DNA of 64,000 bases from NCBI GenBank assembly GCA_010093995.1, contig ML992504.1, forward strand, positions 868,001 through 932,000. Reading direction: 5' to 3'. Origin of the DNA: Elsinoe ampelina (lineage: Eukaryota). Numbering within the stretch: the first letter of the stretch is position 1; each line of letters begins with the position of its first letter. The notes beneath the pieces are model-generated. The model did not search any database, was not told where the DNA came from, and saw only the letters and a list, made by a program, of their open reading frames with translations. A program made the translations under genes and the position numbers. Of the stretch, positions 1 to 15,714 are shown piece after piece.

Positions 1-1614
1 TCAAGTGACGGATGTGAAATCTCGAGGGTCGTGAATATCGTTCTTGCGCAGCGCTTGCAAGAGTAAATGGTAGCGCGGAAGGTATGGTAGAGGTGGTCGA
101 CGGGAACTCCGAAGATCGTCGAGAGTATGTTGTGAGGTTGTAGGTAGAAAGGAAAGTGTCTGAGAGGAAGAGGTCGAGTGAGGTATTTGAATCCGACCGA
201 CATTCACATGCGACGACAGCCAGCGTTGACGGCTGCCTAAGTGAGTGCTCAGGAGAATCTAATTGGCATGTGAGGCACGAAGGTGAGGCTGAGCATGTGT
301 CGGTCCTCTCAGATCGAGGTAATGCTAATGCTTTGGCTCGGAAGTCGAGGGAAATCAGGTTGACCCTTCATGGATTGCTTAGATAACTGTGCATCTCCGA
401 AAACGGAGGTCTTGCTGGACTGGGTATCAGAGGATTCAATTTGATTGGAACAGTACGCCCTTGAGGGGATGGATGAGAGGGTGAAATAATGAAAGCATGA
501 ACAACTATGACAATGCGTCGCCAATATGAATGTGCTAGCACAAGTGATACTACCGTGTGAACGCCCAGATTGATGGCCCACACTTGGAATCGTGGATTTG
601 AGAAAGTGAAGAAGAATGCGAGATTGCTTGGGAGGCAAAACGCTGTAAGATGTCAAAAGCCTTACCAGCTTCACCTCGATCAGCATCACTTTGACCATCT
701 CCACGAGTGTTGACCTTCAATGCAGGTCGGCGTCGTCCGATCCCGCAAACGAAAGCCTTGCAGGGTGTTACCCCCTTACATTGTCATTGAGGGCCACACC
801 TGCCATGGAAAGAAGCTGGGCAGGTCGCCCCCTCAGTCGGCATTAATTCAAGCCAGTCCGACCAACCTCTCGCCATCGTAAAACCCGCTCGGCGAGCACC
901 TGGCCTGCTCATGTCGTATGTACAAGGAAGTGAGGTACGCTCGCCTGGAGGTACGACCTGCGATTCTGAATGGCATTTGGTGGACTTGCATTCATGCTGT
1001 CACTTCACTTTGCCATTTGCTGCGGAAGTACACTCTTCAATGTTCATTTCATACTGGACACACCAGTACCAGGACGTCTGATGGACTGTTGAGTAGCTCT
1101 GGCCGTCTTACCTCCCTCTAGTCGATCTTTCAAGTAAGATCTAGGCTGAGGAGGTGAAAAGCGCGATTATGTTGTTCGTGACAAGGAAGGAAACAAGAAA
1201 GCAATCTGCTTACCACCGAATGCGCAGAAGCTCGGAGTGTTGGCCATTATCATCCAATCAAAACAACTGGATGCATGGGTCTTGTGTTGTCCAAGCTGCA
1301 GCGTGACTCCAGAAATGCACGCAAGCAATGAGGAGTGATATCCGCCGATGTGTTTGATCTCAAAATGCTCGCATGGCTGAAAGGTCGTTCAGATATTGCG
1401 ATTTAGGAAACAGAGAGAGGAAGCGCGAGCTTGATATGAAAAGCCCACTGCAACCTCGCGAGCTTGATGCCAAGCCTCCACCTTTACTTGCACAACTTCC
1501 GGGCCTCCAATCCACCATTCTTTACACTTTGTGAAGAGCATTTCCTCCGTCAATCGCGACACCAGGCGAACAAAGACTGTGCAACAATCGCCAGGGCACT
1601 TGGAAACTACCAAC

Positions 1615-2060
1615 ATGGCAGACGCCGCCCCAAACGGCCACCCCCCAAGCCAGGACATAGTCATGCAAGACACCCTCGTACGCCGCCCCTCCTCTCCCTT
1701 CCCCCTCCATTCCCTTTTCCCCTCCTCCAGCTCCCTCCCCTCCCTTGGCTCTCGACTAACTCCCTCCAGCCCCCGACGAACGGCACCGCCACCACCAACT
1801 CAGAGCCCCTCACCACCGACCCCCTCCCCCAACCCACCGGCTCCACCACACCGGCACGCACCTCCTCACAACCACCCGCGTCAATACCTCTCCCCGACAA
1901 GCCAGCCGCATACGGCGCCCCGACGCGGGTGTACCTCAACCAGAACGTCACGCCGCATCTGTTGGAAGGGATGAAGTACCTGGCGGCGTATGAGCCGGAG
2001 AAGCCGTTGAAGTGGTTGAGTGAGTTTTTGGCGAAGAGGAGTGGGGAGATTGAGGGATGA
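1615..2060 (+). CDS. SDC1: Dpy-30/Sdc1 family COMPASS subunit (2 exons: 1615-1677, 1770-2060)
   Basis: C-terminal Dpy-30 motif GAPTRVYLNQNVTPHLLEGMKYLAAYEPEKPLKWLSEFL. The intron GTACGC...CTAAC...CAG (1678-1769) joins MADAAPNG...QDTL in frame to PPTNG... Confidence 0.9.
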
Positions 2061-2523
2061 GGGGGCAGGGAAGGAGGAAGGTAAGGGAAGAAGGGAGGGG
2101 AGGGTGGGTAGAAGGAAGGGTATGGGAAGGGAAGCGAGATGGAGATCTGGAGCTGTACTCGATGGGATGGAGGAAGGGAATGGGGTTGCATGATAGGAAT
2201 GAGGCAAGAGAGGCGGGGACCTGGTGTGAGGGAGGGTATGGTGATGTGGAGCAACAGGCAACAGAGTAGGAAAAGGTCAAAAGTCATGTTAGCGCGGCGT
2301 TGGGGCACGACGAATGACACGCAAGAAGTGTGCAAAGACACGCTGGATATTTTGCATCAGATATCTCTGGGTATGCATTTCGAGCATTGGCTATAACAGC
2401 TCGCTTGTCCATTCATATGCGCGTGAGCCGATGAACAGCTCATCTTCGCGGCGTGCTCCTTTCCATCGATCGACCATTCCTTGACGCCAAGTCTATGCCA
2501 CCCTGACTTTTCCTTCATGTCCT

Positions 2524-3213
2524 CTACGCGACGAGAGTGCTGGCAGTGGCGCTCTCGTACTTCCAGTTGGGAGGAAGAGCACCGACGACCTTGTAGTAGC
2601 GGGATAGACGGTGGATACGCGACTCGATGAGAATGAGGCGGAACTTGGAGTCCTTGTCCTTTCGGTTGCGCTCGAGATGCTTTCGGACAGCGACGGCCTG
2701 GTGGTATCTTAGCGATGTTCTCCTGGCCGGAGCCAGTGTCTGAGGTGCAGTTTGACATACCTTCTTGATCAACATGTAGAGGTCCTCTGGGATTTCCGGA
2801 GCGAGGCCTATTGATCACTCTGTCAGCTATGAACCGAACAGAGGCGTAATAAATATGCAATAATGCATGTATGTATGTCTCAAATCCATCTCTTGTTTCT
2901 CGTCTTTCAATCGCAGGGTATCGTACCGTTTGATCGCAGGATGCGGAGGATCTTGTTACCTGGTAGCAGTCAGTATCTCATGTCTTGCATCTTTCTGCGA
3001 CCACTACTCACCAGTCACAATCTTGACCTGAGCGACACCGTGGGAGTCACGGAGGACAACACCGATTTGCGAGGGAGTGGCACCCTTCTTCGCGAGCTTG
3101 CAGATCTGGTCGACGACCTGCTCGGGGGTGGTCTTGAGCCATGCTGGTGGGGCGCGAGAGTATGGGATGGCGGATGAAGAGATACCCTTTCCGTTGCTGT
3201 GAAGACGACCCAT
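2524..3213 (-). CDS. RPS13: 40S ribosomal protein S13 (uS15), 3 exons
   Basis: [18 protein letters not shown]...[16 protein letters not shown], and [36 protein letters not shown]...[16 protein letters not shown]. Two GT-AG introns. Confidence 0.98.
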
Positions 3214-3339
3214 GTTGGCGGTGTTTTGTGGTTGATCGGTGGTTGGATGGACGAGACGTGCTTGGGCGATGAATTTCGTGAAGTCGGAGAGCTGATCTCG
3301 AAATTCCAGTGCGTGGGTGCCAAGCTTTTTCTCGACCAA

Positions 3340-3349
3340 TGAAATTTTT
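3340..3349. promoter_or_regulatory. RRPE-like motif (TGAAATTTTT) upstream of RPS13; a similar TGAAAAATT motif (minus strand, ~8568-8576) lies upstream of SSB
   Basis: Resembles the yeast RRPE consensus and occurs about 100-130 bp upstream of two translation-related genes. It is a short motif and could be chance. Confidence 0.3.
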
Positions 3350-4197
3350 GGCGGAGAGACTTCACCTCCCACCCGACTTTGCTGCGAAGACTTTCACGTG
3401 CTGTCAAGACTTCCCATTGGCATTCTCTACATGAAATGTAAGCCTCGGACGTTGTGCAATGGGTTGATATGGAATTTCGATCTGTTCAAGGTACGTTTGG
3501 AGCTCAGTAACAAGCAACCCGACCCCTCACTCCTTCTTTGATGAAACCAGTGCGCAAAGCACTTAAAATGGCACCTCTCACTCTATATCTCTCCTTTGGG
3601 ATCGAGGTAAATGCGTTCAACGGACTTCTGACACACTTCTTCTCCTGTCACGGCAAAACTTGATCACGAATCTATCCTAGTTCATCGCTGACTTGCTCAA
3701 AGGTTGACCATGCTGAACAGTATCGCTCCTGTGATCCGATATCCATGCTGAAAGTGTGTCGAAGACGCACCGATGGCTTTTGTTCCTTTCGCACTGTCGA
3801 TCAGGATGTGGTTCTGCTCTTGGTCAGCGCCTACCCCTTGCACAGATGTCCATGTCAGTGGGTATTCATGGCATTACGCCAACAGACCCAGAAGCACGAT
3901 CTCGTCCTGTTTACGGCCCTGACTATATTTTACATCTTCTGTCTGAGCATGCTGTTTGGTACACGTATCTCCTATCAAACATCCTCGCAAATCAACCGAG
4001 CTGGCCTATTTCCTAAGTTTTGTATTCTGATGTATGTATGAACAATCAAATCCGTCTGTATTTCCTGCACATCGCTTTGTACAATGCATCAACATGGCAC
4101 ATACCTCACTGCCCTCTTCTACGTCATCGATTCCCTCAATGCTGCGTTGCCGTCATACTATCCCCTTCTTCCATGTCTGTTTCAAGCGCTGCATCAT

Positions 4198-5703
4198 CTA
4201 AGAGCTCTTCGCCTTCTTCGCCGCCTCCCACTTCTCCCTGGGAATCGTCAAGCAATTGATCTTGAGATACCCACAAATAGCATTCACCACCAGCACCGCC
4301 CACCGGAAGTACACCACCGCCGAGAAGATGAACGTACCCCAGAGATACACCCTCTCCGTCTGCGGCTCCACCGGTTCATACCCCAAGAACCTCATATTCG
4401 TCAACAACGCACCTCCCATAATCGGCGCCAACATCACGGTGAACTTCGGGAAAGGTTGCCTCGTCAAATGAGCCAGGATGATCTTCGTGGTCATACGGCC
4501 AAAAACAAAGCTCAGCGTCAAGCAGAGTAGCGTCACATAATTGTGGCTGAGGATGTGGCTCTCCGGACTGCCCAGCCAGAGCAGCAGGGAGGCGATGAAG
4601 ATGATCATCGGCGTCCACTCGACGAATACCGGGCCAAGGGAGAGGTTCTTCGCTCGCCGGGCCTTGATGACATTTCGCATGCAATCTGGGAGATGGGCGG
4701 CGAAGAAGCTGAAGAGCAGAAGTGGCACCCAGATGTCGACCATGGAGACTTTGCCGATGTATTGCTCGAAGCCGAGGAGAGAGGAGAGGGGTGCGCGCCA
4801 GATCGAAGGGCCGTAGTAGGCTGATACGAGCATTAGGATAGTGGCGAGGAGGAGACCTTCGGTTGGGCCGTTGAAGTAGCCGAGGTAGAGGGTGTGGGTG
4901 TGGTAGGTTTCCCAGGTTGAGAAGAACATGGGTAGGGTGGGGATCAAGGCGGTGAAGAGGCCGGTGTAGGTCAGGCCGAGTCCCATGGCGGACGCTTCGA
5001 GAAGTGAGGCGAGAGTACAGTTTAGGGAGTCTATGCCATGGCTGTCGAATGATCAGAGGAGGATACATGGGGTGGGAGGACTACCGTACTCGAATAGCTC
5101 ACCGAGACCACTTGAAGTGCCTGTCCTTCGTGCTTGCTTGCCATCGACATTGTCCATGGTTGAGTAGCTATCCCAGTGAATATGGATCTTACCATGCAAG
5201 GGTCTTTACTTACAACCAGACGCCGGCAGCATAGCTGTAGTAGAGCCACCTCGGTCCCTGTCCCGATCAGGCCCTGTAACATCGAGCATTGAGTAATTAT
5301 CAGCTTACCTCGCCAGTCAACTCTGGATCAAATATCTGTAGTAGTCCCACATTGGCTAAAATTGCAAAGAATCCAAGCAAGGTGACCATGTTCGGGGCAA
5401 GCCATAATGGAAGTAGCTCGACAAAACCATTCCACTGTACACTTGGTCAGCCATTGGTTCTCGACTGGGCTTCCCAAGTCCTCGAGCAGGTAATCCTCGA
5501 CTTGTCCAATGATCACATACATAGTGCTTCAAGATATATCTCGAAATGTACGACTTGTCCACAGAAGAATATTTGTACGATTTTAGATGAATTAGAGCAT
5601 CCTCGGAAATGCACTCATGAGCAGCCTCCTCTGTAATCGTGTCAGTCGATATGCACGATTCTGTAATGATCTCAAGCTTACTTTTGCTCATTTTGGTAGC
5701 CAT
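4198..5703 (-). CDS. CDP-alcohol phosphatidyltransferase (choline/ethanolamine phosphotransferase, EPT1/CPT1 family), multi-exon; start codon uncertain (5703 or 5691)
   Basis: [55 protein letters not shown] (CDP-alcohol PT motif); [24 protein letters not shown]; multiple TM segments. Confidence 0.93.
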
Positions 5704-6224
5704 CTTGGACTCAACCGCCACACCGAGCGTGGTGGCGGGTTGAGAGGCGGGGTCGAGGGATTCGACACCTATGCTACAGTACTCTAACAAGCACTCTGCC
5801 AGGCTGGTGCTAGTCACTGTCTGGGATCAAAAGAAAACATACAAGGGTAGGAGGTTTCTCCGAGTCGGATTGAGGAATGAAGGTGTCAAAATTGCGGTGA
5901 CACAAGCCGAGACGGATGTGCCTGCAAATCATCTGGCATGTGAAGCTGCAGGGTCCGGCGAATGGCCAGCTACACCGCCAGCACGATGCCGACTCACAAC
6001 CACGATGATAAGCATGACAGTTGAGGACGAGAATGTAGCAGACTGATTTTGTCATGAAGGTGCAGAAAGCTTTTATACCGCCGAAATAGCATCCTAACTA
6101 CCAGACCCTTGAATGCTGAATCTATCAACCATGGCATCATGCGCTGGTCCTGCTCGATCATGACCGTGATCACATCAAAATCTCCATCGCCTCTCCCTCA
6201 TACATTCCCGCTGCCTATCAACGT

Positions 6225-8475
<2,251 letters not shown>

Positions 8476-8889
8476 GTTGTGTTGTGATTGAATTGTGAAT
8501 TGGGTAGAGGTAGTTGAGGTGGGTTTGAAGATGCTCGCCGCACGCAAAAAGTTCTATCGCACGCCGCAATTTTTCAAAAATATTAAGCTTTCGGCTAAGG
8601 GTTCCTAGCGCCATGAGAGCATGACCCGAGATCTTTCAACAGCCTCGTTGACATCTCTACCCATTTTCAATATCACATGAATCAATATTTTTATGACACT
8701 GCGGATCATGTCTTCGAATCACCAATCTTGTGCTGGAAAATCAGCCCAGCTATTCGCGTCTACGAGTGCATCCAACAGAAAAGGACGAATGAAATGCCTA
8801 CCAGTCTATATCTGAACGCCAATCAAGTCGCTTATTAACGCCTTCGAAACACCCGATTGTTCAAGACCTCAATCCTCACCCAATTTCCA

Positions 8890-10478
8890 TCACTTTGGAG
8901 CCTTACCCGGGGCTGCAGGAGCCGCAGGCTTCGTGCCTATGGTCGTGGTAGTCTGCTCAGGGGCGGTTGGCTTACCCGCCTGTGGTGCGGCTTGTGGAGA
9001 GGTTTTAGGTCCCGTCGTAGATGTTTTTGGAGGTGACGCGGGACTGGTAGGAGTTATTGAGCCTGTAGGCGTGTTCTGCTGGCTGCTTCCGGGAGAACTC
9101 TGTTGACCAGATGGTGGCATGCCAGTTTGCCCATTAGCTGAAGCATCCTTAGCCGGATCGCCGTTCGCAGGGGCGCCATTGGCTGGAGTACCGGTACCTG
9201 CGGCAGTGTTTGCTAGGGTGGTCGGTGCTCCAGTGGTCATGCTGCTGCTCGCAGTCTGCTTTCCTGCATCTGTTGGAATCATACCCTTCGACTTCAGTTG
9301 CTGGAGACTTTTGGGATACTTGTTTGGGTCGAAGATCACCCAGGCATCGGCACCACCGTCAAAAGCGATTCCAATGCGATCCAATCACCACTCTGCAGCT
9401 TGCCCAACGCTTCCGATTCAGCCAACTTCAACAATGCGTCACTCTTGTGTTGGTCGCTTATCTTTGTGCACGAGCTGGATGTATCACGAGCAGCAAGAGT
9501 CAAGCCTCTCTTGATCGGTGCTGCTTGCGGATTGGCGATACCCTGACAGAAACCGCTGAGTGCCTGTCCAGATGTGCCGATGTTACAGCGCCCTGCGGCC
9601 AGGATATCTTTCATCAGATTGATCATTTGAGCATTCTGGGCCTGGAGGATTTGTTGCCCCTGAGCGACCTTCTGAGATGCCTGTATTTGGCGCTCGATTG
9701 TGATGGCTGCAACAGTACCCGCGATGAGACCTGCACTTGAAGATGGTTAGCTATGATCAATGTCGAGTGCAGAGTTTGGATGCGACAAGAGACAAATAGC
9801 AAAGAAGGGACAAAGACTCAAGTGTGAGTGCTTACGTGATCGTACGACTCCAATCATTACGAAGCTTGTTGATTGCCGCTGGGTCACGCAGACTACCAGC
9901 GCCAGTGACTTTATTAAACACCCAATTGGCACCGGCACATATACCGTACAAGCACGTTCTGGCGACACCTTTCGATTGGCCAGAACTTGGCTGGAGACCC
10001 GTAGCGCTTTGCTGTGTCTGCTGGCTACTGATAGCTTGCTGCTGCTGTTCGACATCCTGGTTCGTGAACGGCAGAGTCCCACCTTGTGACGATGGTGCAA
10101 TACCAGGAGCAGGTTGACCAGACGTGGACGATGATTGTTGAGGTGCGTTCGAGTTCGCAGGTGGGACCATCTCAATCTCATCCTCTTGTGTTTGCGTTTG
10201 CGAGCCACGATTGTTTGGAATCGCGCCCTGGACCGGCGGCTGAATGGCTGTGGATGTTCCAGTCGTCGGAGTTGGCTTCGCTCTGCGGAAGAGGCTGATG
10301 CTTCGGATCGAAGAACGCTTCTTTGGGGTGGCTGGTGCTGCGGTTGGCGCTGTGCCTCCTTTGCCTCCGCCTCCAGTCAATGCTTGAACAGCACATCGAA
10401 AGGTTGAAGCGAGCACTGTCCTGCAGCTGCTGCTTGTGTAGTGAGCGTCAGGGCCACAAGGGCAAAAGCTGACTTCAT
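8890..10478 (-). pseudogene. Orphan putative secreted, Ser/Thr/Gln/Pro-rich protein gene broken by two single-base frameshifts (or two assembly indels)
   Basis: ATG at 10478 gives the signal-peptide-like MKSAFALVALTLTTQAAAAG. A frameshift at 10420-10421, an intron at 9835-9736 (GTAAGC...GCTAAC...AAG) and a second frameshift at 9383-9384 join ORFs 9832-10503, 9336-9626 and 8890-9384 into one protein. Confidence 0.6.
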
Positions 10479-11446
10479 CTTCGAGGTAAGTATGGCCGAC
10501 CACCAGGGTCGTTTACGTCTTTGAAGGGTTCCTTAGAGGTGAGGTGAGGTTCGTTGGTGTCTGACAACTCGAGTGAACCATGGTCCTGTCGCACCAGGAC
10601 TATATACATGGCTCCTCCTATTCGCCATCTGCGAGAGAAAGACATACGACACGTTTACAAGACAAAGATTGGAAGGAATATCGCGACAGCCATGTCAACA
10701 GAGACCGCTGCTTCATCCGTGACAACAACATCATCCAAACGAGCAGACACCGCGACAAGGCCGCCAAACCCTCACCACGACAAAGAGCCAAGGTCGCTCA
10801 AGATCGCCTCCTGGACAAGGACACTGTCGAGCAGTAAGGGACCTGTAACCAGTAAGGACAGCATGCCAAGGCCATATGCACGAGTGCACAAGAAAAGAAC
10901 CGCATCCCTGCCGCGAACAGCGAATAGGACCCTCCCCGCCCGCCACGCTCTTCACATTTCCGGTGAAAGACAGACCACGACATCTTTCAGGCATAACATG
11001 AAGCCAAGAGCTAAGTGTGGGATGCTAAAATGGTAGAAAATCTGTCCCGGCGGTGTCGGTTGACTTGTAAGCATGTAGTCCACAGATTGATGCACGTGGT
11101 CCCGTGAAGTGCCGTCAGGCCACCCAGCCTTGAGATCGTGCGTTCGGACGGGGGAGGCCTGATGGACAGGGAGGGAGCCGCACACGCAAAGTCGAGGTCA
11201 TATTGAAGATTGGAATTGAGTGTGGCGATATGCCTGTAGTGATACTGTAGTGTCGTGTGATTACCAATGGTCTGAAAGTGGATGCGCTGCGGAGTGCTTT
11301 GTGAACATCCCAGCCCTTGAAATGGGTGTTCGAATAACGTGTCTGAAATGGATATGTAGCAGGTACCAAGCTTTCACTATCTCTCGCACGGCCTGAAAGC
11401 GCAGAGCTGATTCCATGGCGGGAAAGAGAACCTTTACTGACTCGGT

Positions 11447-13064
11447 TTACGTTGCACTTTCAAGCTCTGAGGGTTGTGCCGGAAGAGGTTTGTCCCTCTT
11501 GCATGACCTAGCAACCGCTTTCTTGTTCTCGCTACACCCATATCTTTCGCAGATTTGCTCTGCCACTCTCTCACCACTCCAATACGCTCCCGTCACAGTT
11601 CCAAGACCTTCAAAAGGCGCAGTATGCTCTCCTGCGAACCAGATGCCTCGTTCGGGCATGCCTTGTCGAAGTACCTCGATAGCTTCCGCACCGTTCTCGA
11701 GGCCGACCGGGAAATTGCAGTAAGAGCCGTAGCCTGCGAACTCATCGTCTTGCCAGTCTGTCGAAAGGAAGCGCTTGGGCAGACAGTCCGCTGAGGACTG
11801 GTCGAAATTCGGTAGTTTCGAATAGTATGGTTCGAAGAGCTCTTGTAACGTGCGGTAGTACTCGACTGAGTCTTGCCGTAGACTTCGCACACGAGCAGTC
11901 ACTTGCCGGCCCCATTCTCCGTATACATAGAACATTATGGTAGGATGTGCATATCCTTCTGGGAGCGAAGCGAGGGAGACCATCTCTTGCCGCCAACGGT
12001 GAGGATTTGTACTGGGGGCGTATTCCGGTTTCAGAAACAGTGTTTCGATGGGGACTACGTGGTGCTCTTCATCATTACGACGCGGCCCACCCATCCAGAA
12101 GGCCGAGGAGAAGCTGACGAATACCTTGTCGAGATTGCCATATCCAATATTCTCGATAGCTTGGCCGAGTCGCGGAGATAAGCTGGGATAGAATGTTTGC
12201 TGATTTCTCTTTAACCAACCAAGTGGTGTCGTGAAGATGACCGCATCAAACTCGATTTCGCCACCCGCTGTCTGAACAATGATCTTGTCTGATGCTGCCG
12301 GCGTCCGGACGCACGTCACTTCTTCGGAGAGTCGCAGATTACACCGCTGTAGGGTGGCTTGCCCAAGACGCTCGACGATTTTCTGATATGTGCTTGCCAT
12401 GAACAAGTTGTCACCTTCTATACCCTCGTCCATCCAATAGAATCTCATACTTTGGCTCTCACAATCGCCACCCATGAATGCACCCCACATTTCGACAATA
12501 TCCAATAGCTGGTGCTGGGTATCGATGTCGTAGTCTCCGTCAGTCACACGAGTCCTGAAACGGTCCATCATCCTTTCGGAAGCAGGAATTGAATACAATT
12601 CTGTCCTACTTTGCTCGCACAGCATATCCAGGATACGCCAAACTTCTTCGTACAGAGCCTTTGCATTTGCTTGAGGCATGACTTTGCCACTTGGACCAAA
12701 AATGGACGAGACGACATTGCAGGCGCTTGTGACAGCATTCGCATCATGCGCCAGCCTCACGATCGGATTTCCGGTTGTGCCATGTATCCAATTCGGCCCC
12801 CTGTATAAGGTAAGAGCTATTACAGACGCAGATACAACCACAAACTCACAAATCGACCACAGGCCCCAGCTCAGCACTCTGCGAGATCTGGACTTGGTTC
12901 AGAGCCAACCCCTGCCACCTGTAGCATTCATATCATACGCGCCCACCTATCCGATCTCTTGCCTCCAGTATCGTCACTTTGAATCCTTGCCTGGATAAGA
13001 TGTCTGCGGCTCTCAAGCCACTGATACCGGCACCGACGATGCAGACATGGATTGCTTGATCCAT
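11447..13064 (-). CDS. Flavin-containing amine oxidase (polyamine oxidase/FMS1-like), 3 exons
   Basis: Rossmann motif [14 protein letters not shown]...EARDRIGGR; small exon [13 protein letters not shown] joined to GPNWIHG; C-terminal FAGEHT...[14 protein letters not shown]. Confidence 0.92.
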
Positions 13065-13570
13065 GGAACGACGCCCACCCATGCCCGTCTCATCATTCGC
13101 ATGAAGCTTGAAACGTTGATTCTCTCGAGAAAAGCTCCATGTGATCACAGTGCAAACATCCACGGTCCATGGAAATAGATCTGTAAGAGGCGTACATGGA
13201 TGTGCGATGCAAAGAATGAGCAAGCGCAGAGAGTCCAGCGGCAATCTGACCAATCAGCAGCTGCCTGTGGGGCTTTGCACAGTCCCTGCATCATCAATGA
13301 GGCATCGATCCTGTGAAACTCACCATCACCGACTAAACCCATCTCAGGTTCCTATAGCTGATGTCCGCATCGAACTCAGCGCTTCTGGTGTCGTTCAGAT
13401 ACGATGTTGTCTCAGACGTGGGCGCCTACTGCTGCGCCGTATCCTCCGGCGCCATGGTATGTTGGTGTGGAACCCCTGGTATATCTCCCACACAAATTGT
13501 CTCCTCTTGCATCTCCTCGATGCATAGTCGAATGAGCCGAACTTCTTGATCTCTCTTATGTGTACAATTG

Positions 13571-15714
13571 ATGGATCCTCTTTCGGCGGGCGCTTCGGTA
13601 TCGCAATTGATCGTGACGATCGCATCTGTGGCCAAATTCATCCATCGCATCCAGAGAGATGTTGGGAACGCGAAGTGTGAGGTTTTGGAAGCGCAAAAAC
13701 ATGTTTCACTCCTCCAGAGCGAGATTGAGGGCGTACGAGAGCTGAAGAGATGCATCAACGACAATGAAAATCCTTTCGACCTGAGCGCTGTTTCAACTGC
13801 TGAGGCGATTTCTACCGCCGAAAGCCTTCTCCTGGAGATAAGACATGCTTTCCCGAGCGCTGACACTCCCGAACGCTTCCGAGACAAGCTCAGATGGGCA
13901 CTCAAGGACAAGCTCGCAGTAGATGCGTTGGCGGCGAAGTTGAGGGAAACGGAAAGTTCACTGCAGACGATCCTGCAGCTCGAACAGAAGTCAGTCCTTA
14001 GTCGAGAATATAAGCTGACATGCTGATGTGTTTTGCAGCCGTATTTCACGGACTATGTGGTCGGTCCTGCTGCGCCAGTCGACATCGATAGACAGGATCG
14101 AGAAGCAACAAGCATCGAATCATGAAGTAATACAGACCATGATCATGAACCACCGGCATCCCGCTGGCATGACTGGTATGGTGCAAGTAGATATCGAATC
14201 TGTCAATCCAGAGGACGACCTGGAATGTGTACAGCTCTCAAAACCGCTACCTCAATTGGACCGGCCAGGATTCTCTGCACAGCTAGTCATACATCCGCAA
14301 GGTCGAAGGAACAGCATGACACTTCGCATGACAGCCTTCTCGAAAATCTACACAGCATCATTCAAAGTGTTCTGGCCAAGCCTGTCATTTTGTGTGGCCC
14401 TTCGCTCGCAGAACATCGTACCGATGGATTCGGCAATTATCCAAGCATGTACCACCGGGAATTTTAAGCAGGCGCGGCATTTGCTTGCTAATGGGTCGGC
14501 TCAAGTGAGTGACATGTCGAGCGACCACTGGCCAATACTCGATGTAAGCGTGCTGTACGCCTTCCTTGCACGTTGCTGATTACCATAGTATGCCATACAA
14601 GGTGGCTCATGTAGGATCGTGCAGTTGCTTTTAGACCATGGTGCGGATCCAAACATGACATATGATCAAAGCTCGATGTGAGTGATGGTAATTCCTGCTG
14701 ACATCAAGGTCGCTGAAACATAGCAGGAGCCCTATTCAGTCGGCGTTCATGCATGGCCGGTTAGATATGGCACGTCATCTTATCAGCGCAGGAGCCGACA
14801 TCGATCACGTCGACCGCGACGGTTTCTCGGCTCTTTCATACTTGTGGGTTGTTGACCAGCCACTCGACAACTCCGCCGATTTCGTCCGGATGTGCTCCGC
14901 AGCGGAGTTCGACGCCGTCAATGCGGTAGACTCTAGAGGCTGGGCCCCCTTACATCGGGCAGCAGCTATCGGAACTGCTGGCGATATCGACGAGTTTGTC
15001 AAGCTAGGCGCATCGACCGGGCTCCGGACTCAGTGGTACGGGTGGACACCGCTTTTCTTCGCAGCGTCGCACGACAACGTGGCGACATTCACGAGTCTAG
15101 TCCAGCACTCTCAGATCGACATACGCGACTACTTGGATGGCGATGGATGGAATCTGCTGCATTGTGCAGTGTACTTCGGGGCGCCGAAGATCATGCGACT
15201 CCTCGTAGGTGGTGGTATTGATATCAATCTTCCAACAAAACCCGCACCAATGCTGGAAGATCCGGAGCTGGCTTATCTCGAGTTGACAGCCCGAGATCTT
15301 GCTATCTACATGGGTCCAGAGCGGTATAAGATGTACACGGATGCTCTGTCCCACTCTGGATACGAAGCAGTGGTGGACTCTTGGGATGATGTGTTCTGGG
15401 ATGCTGAAGAGCCTTGCCGAGATTCCTCTGGAGCCTCCGATGTGTCCACAATCTCGTCTGGATCGTCAGTGTACGGCGCTGAGGACGTTGACGATCAGTG
15501 GACCATACTGCACTGGGCATCGTATTGTGGGTCGGAGAAGGTCATGCGTCTCCTGCTCATGAAAGGTGCGGACCCCAAATACACTGCGGGAATCACAGCA
15601 TATCTGCCTCCCTCTCTGGACGACGTTCAGCAGCCACAATCACCACAGTACATCCACGGATCTGTCGCGCGGCCTTTCCACGGCCCATCAAAAGCACTCT
15701 GCGAAGAAGGTTAG
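13571..15714 (+). CDS. Ankyrin-repeat protein with an N-terminal HeLo-like / fungal STAND-N helical domain, 4 exons
   Basis: N-terminus MDPLSAGASVSQLI...RDKLRWALKDK; introns 13990-14038, 14544-14588 and 14678-14725 keep the frame; ankyrin repeats GWAPLHRAA, GWTPLFFAA, GWNLLHCAV, WTILHWAS. Confidence 0.82.

Noticed and set aside
1..1400. Short ORFs at the window start
   Set aside because: No recognisable domains; probably the promoter or 5' region of a gene outside the window.
2809..2926. Intronic snoRNA (U14-like) in RPS13
   Set aside because: No convincing C/D box pair with a terminal stem in this short intron.
10554..11036. 160-aa plus-strand ORF
   Set aside because: TTG start, no recognisable domain, and it lies in the upstream region of the orphan gene.
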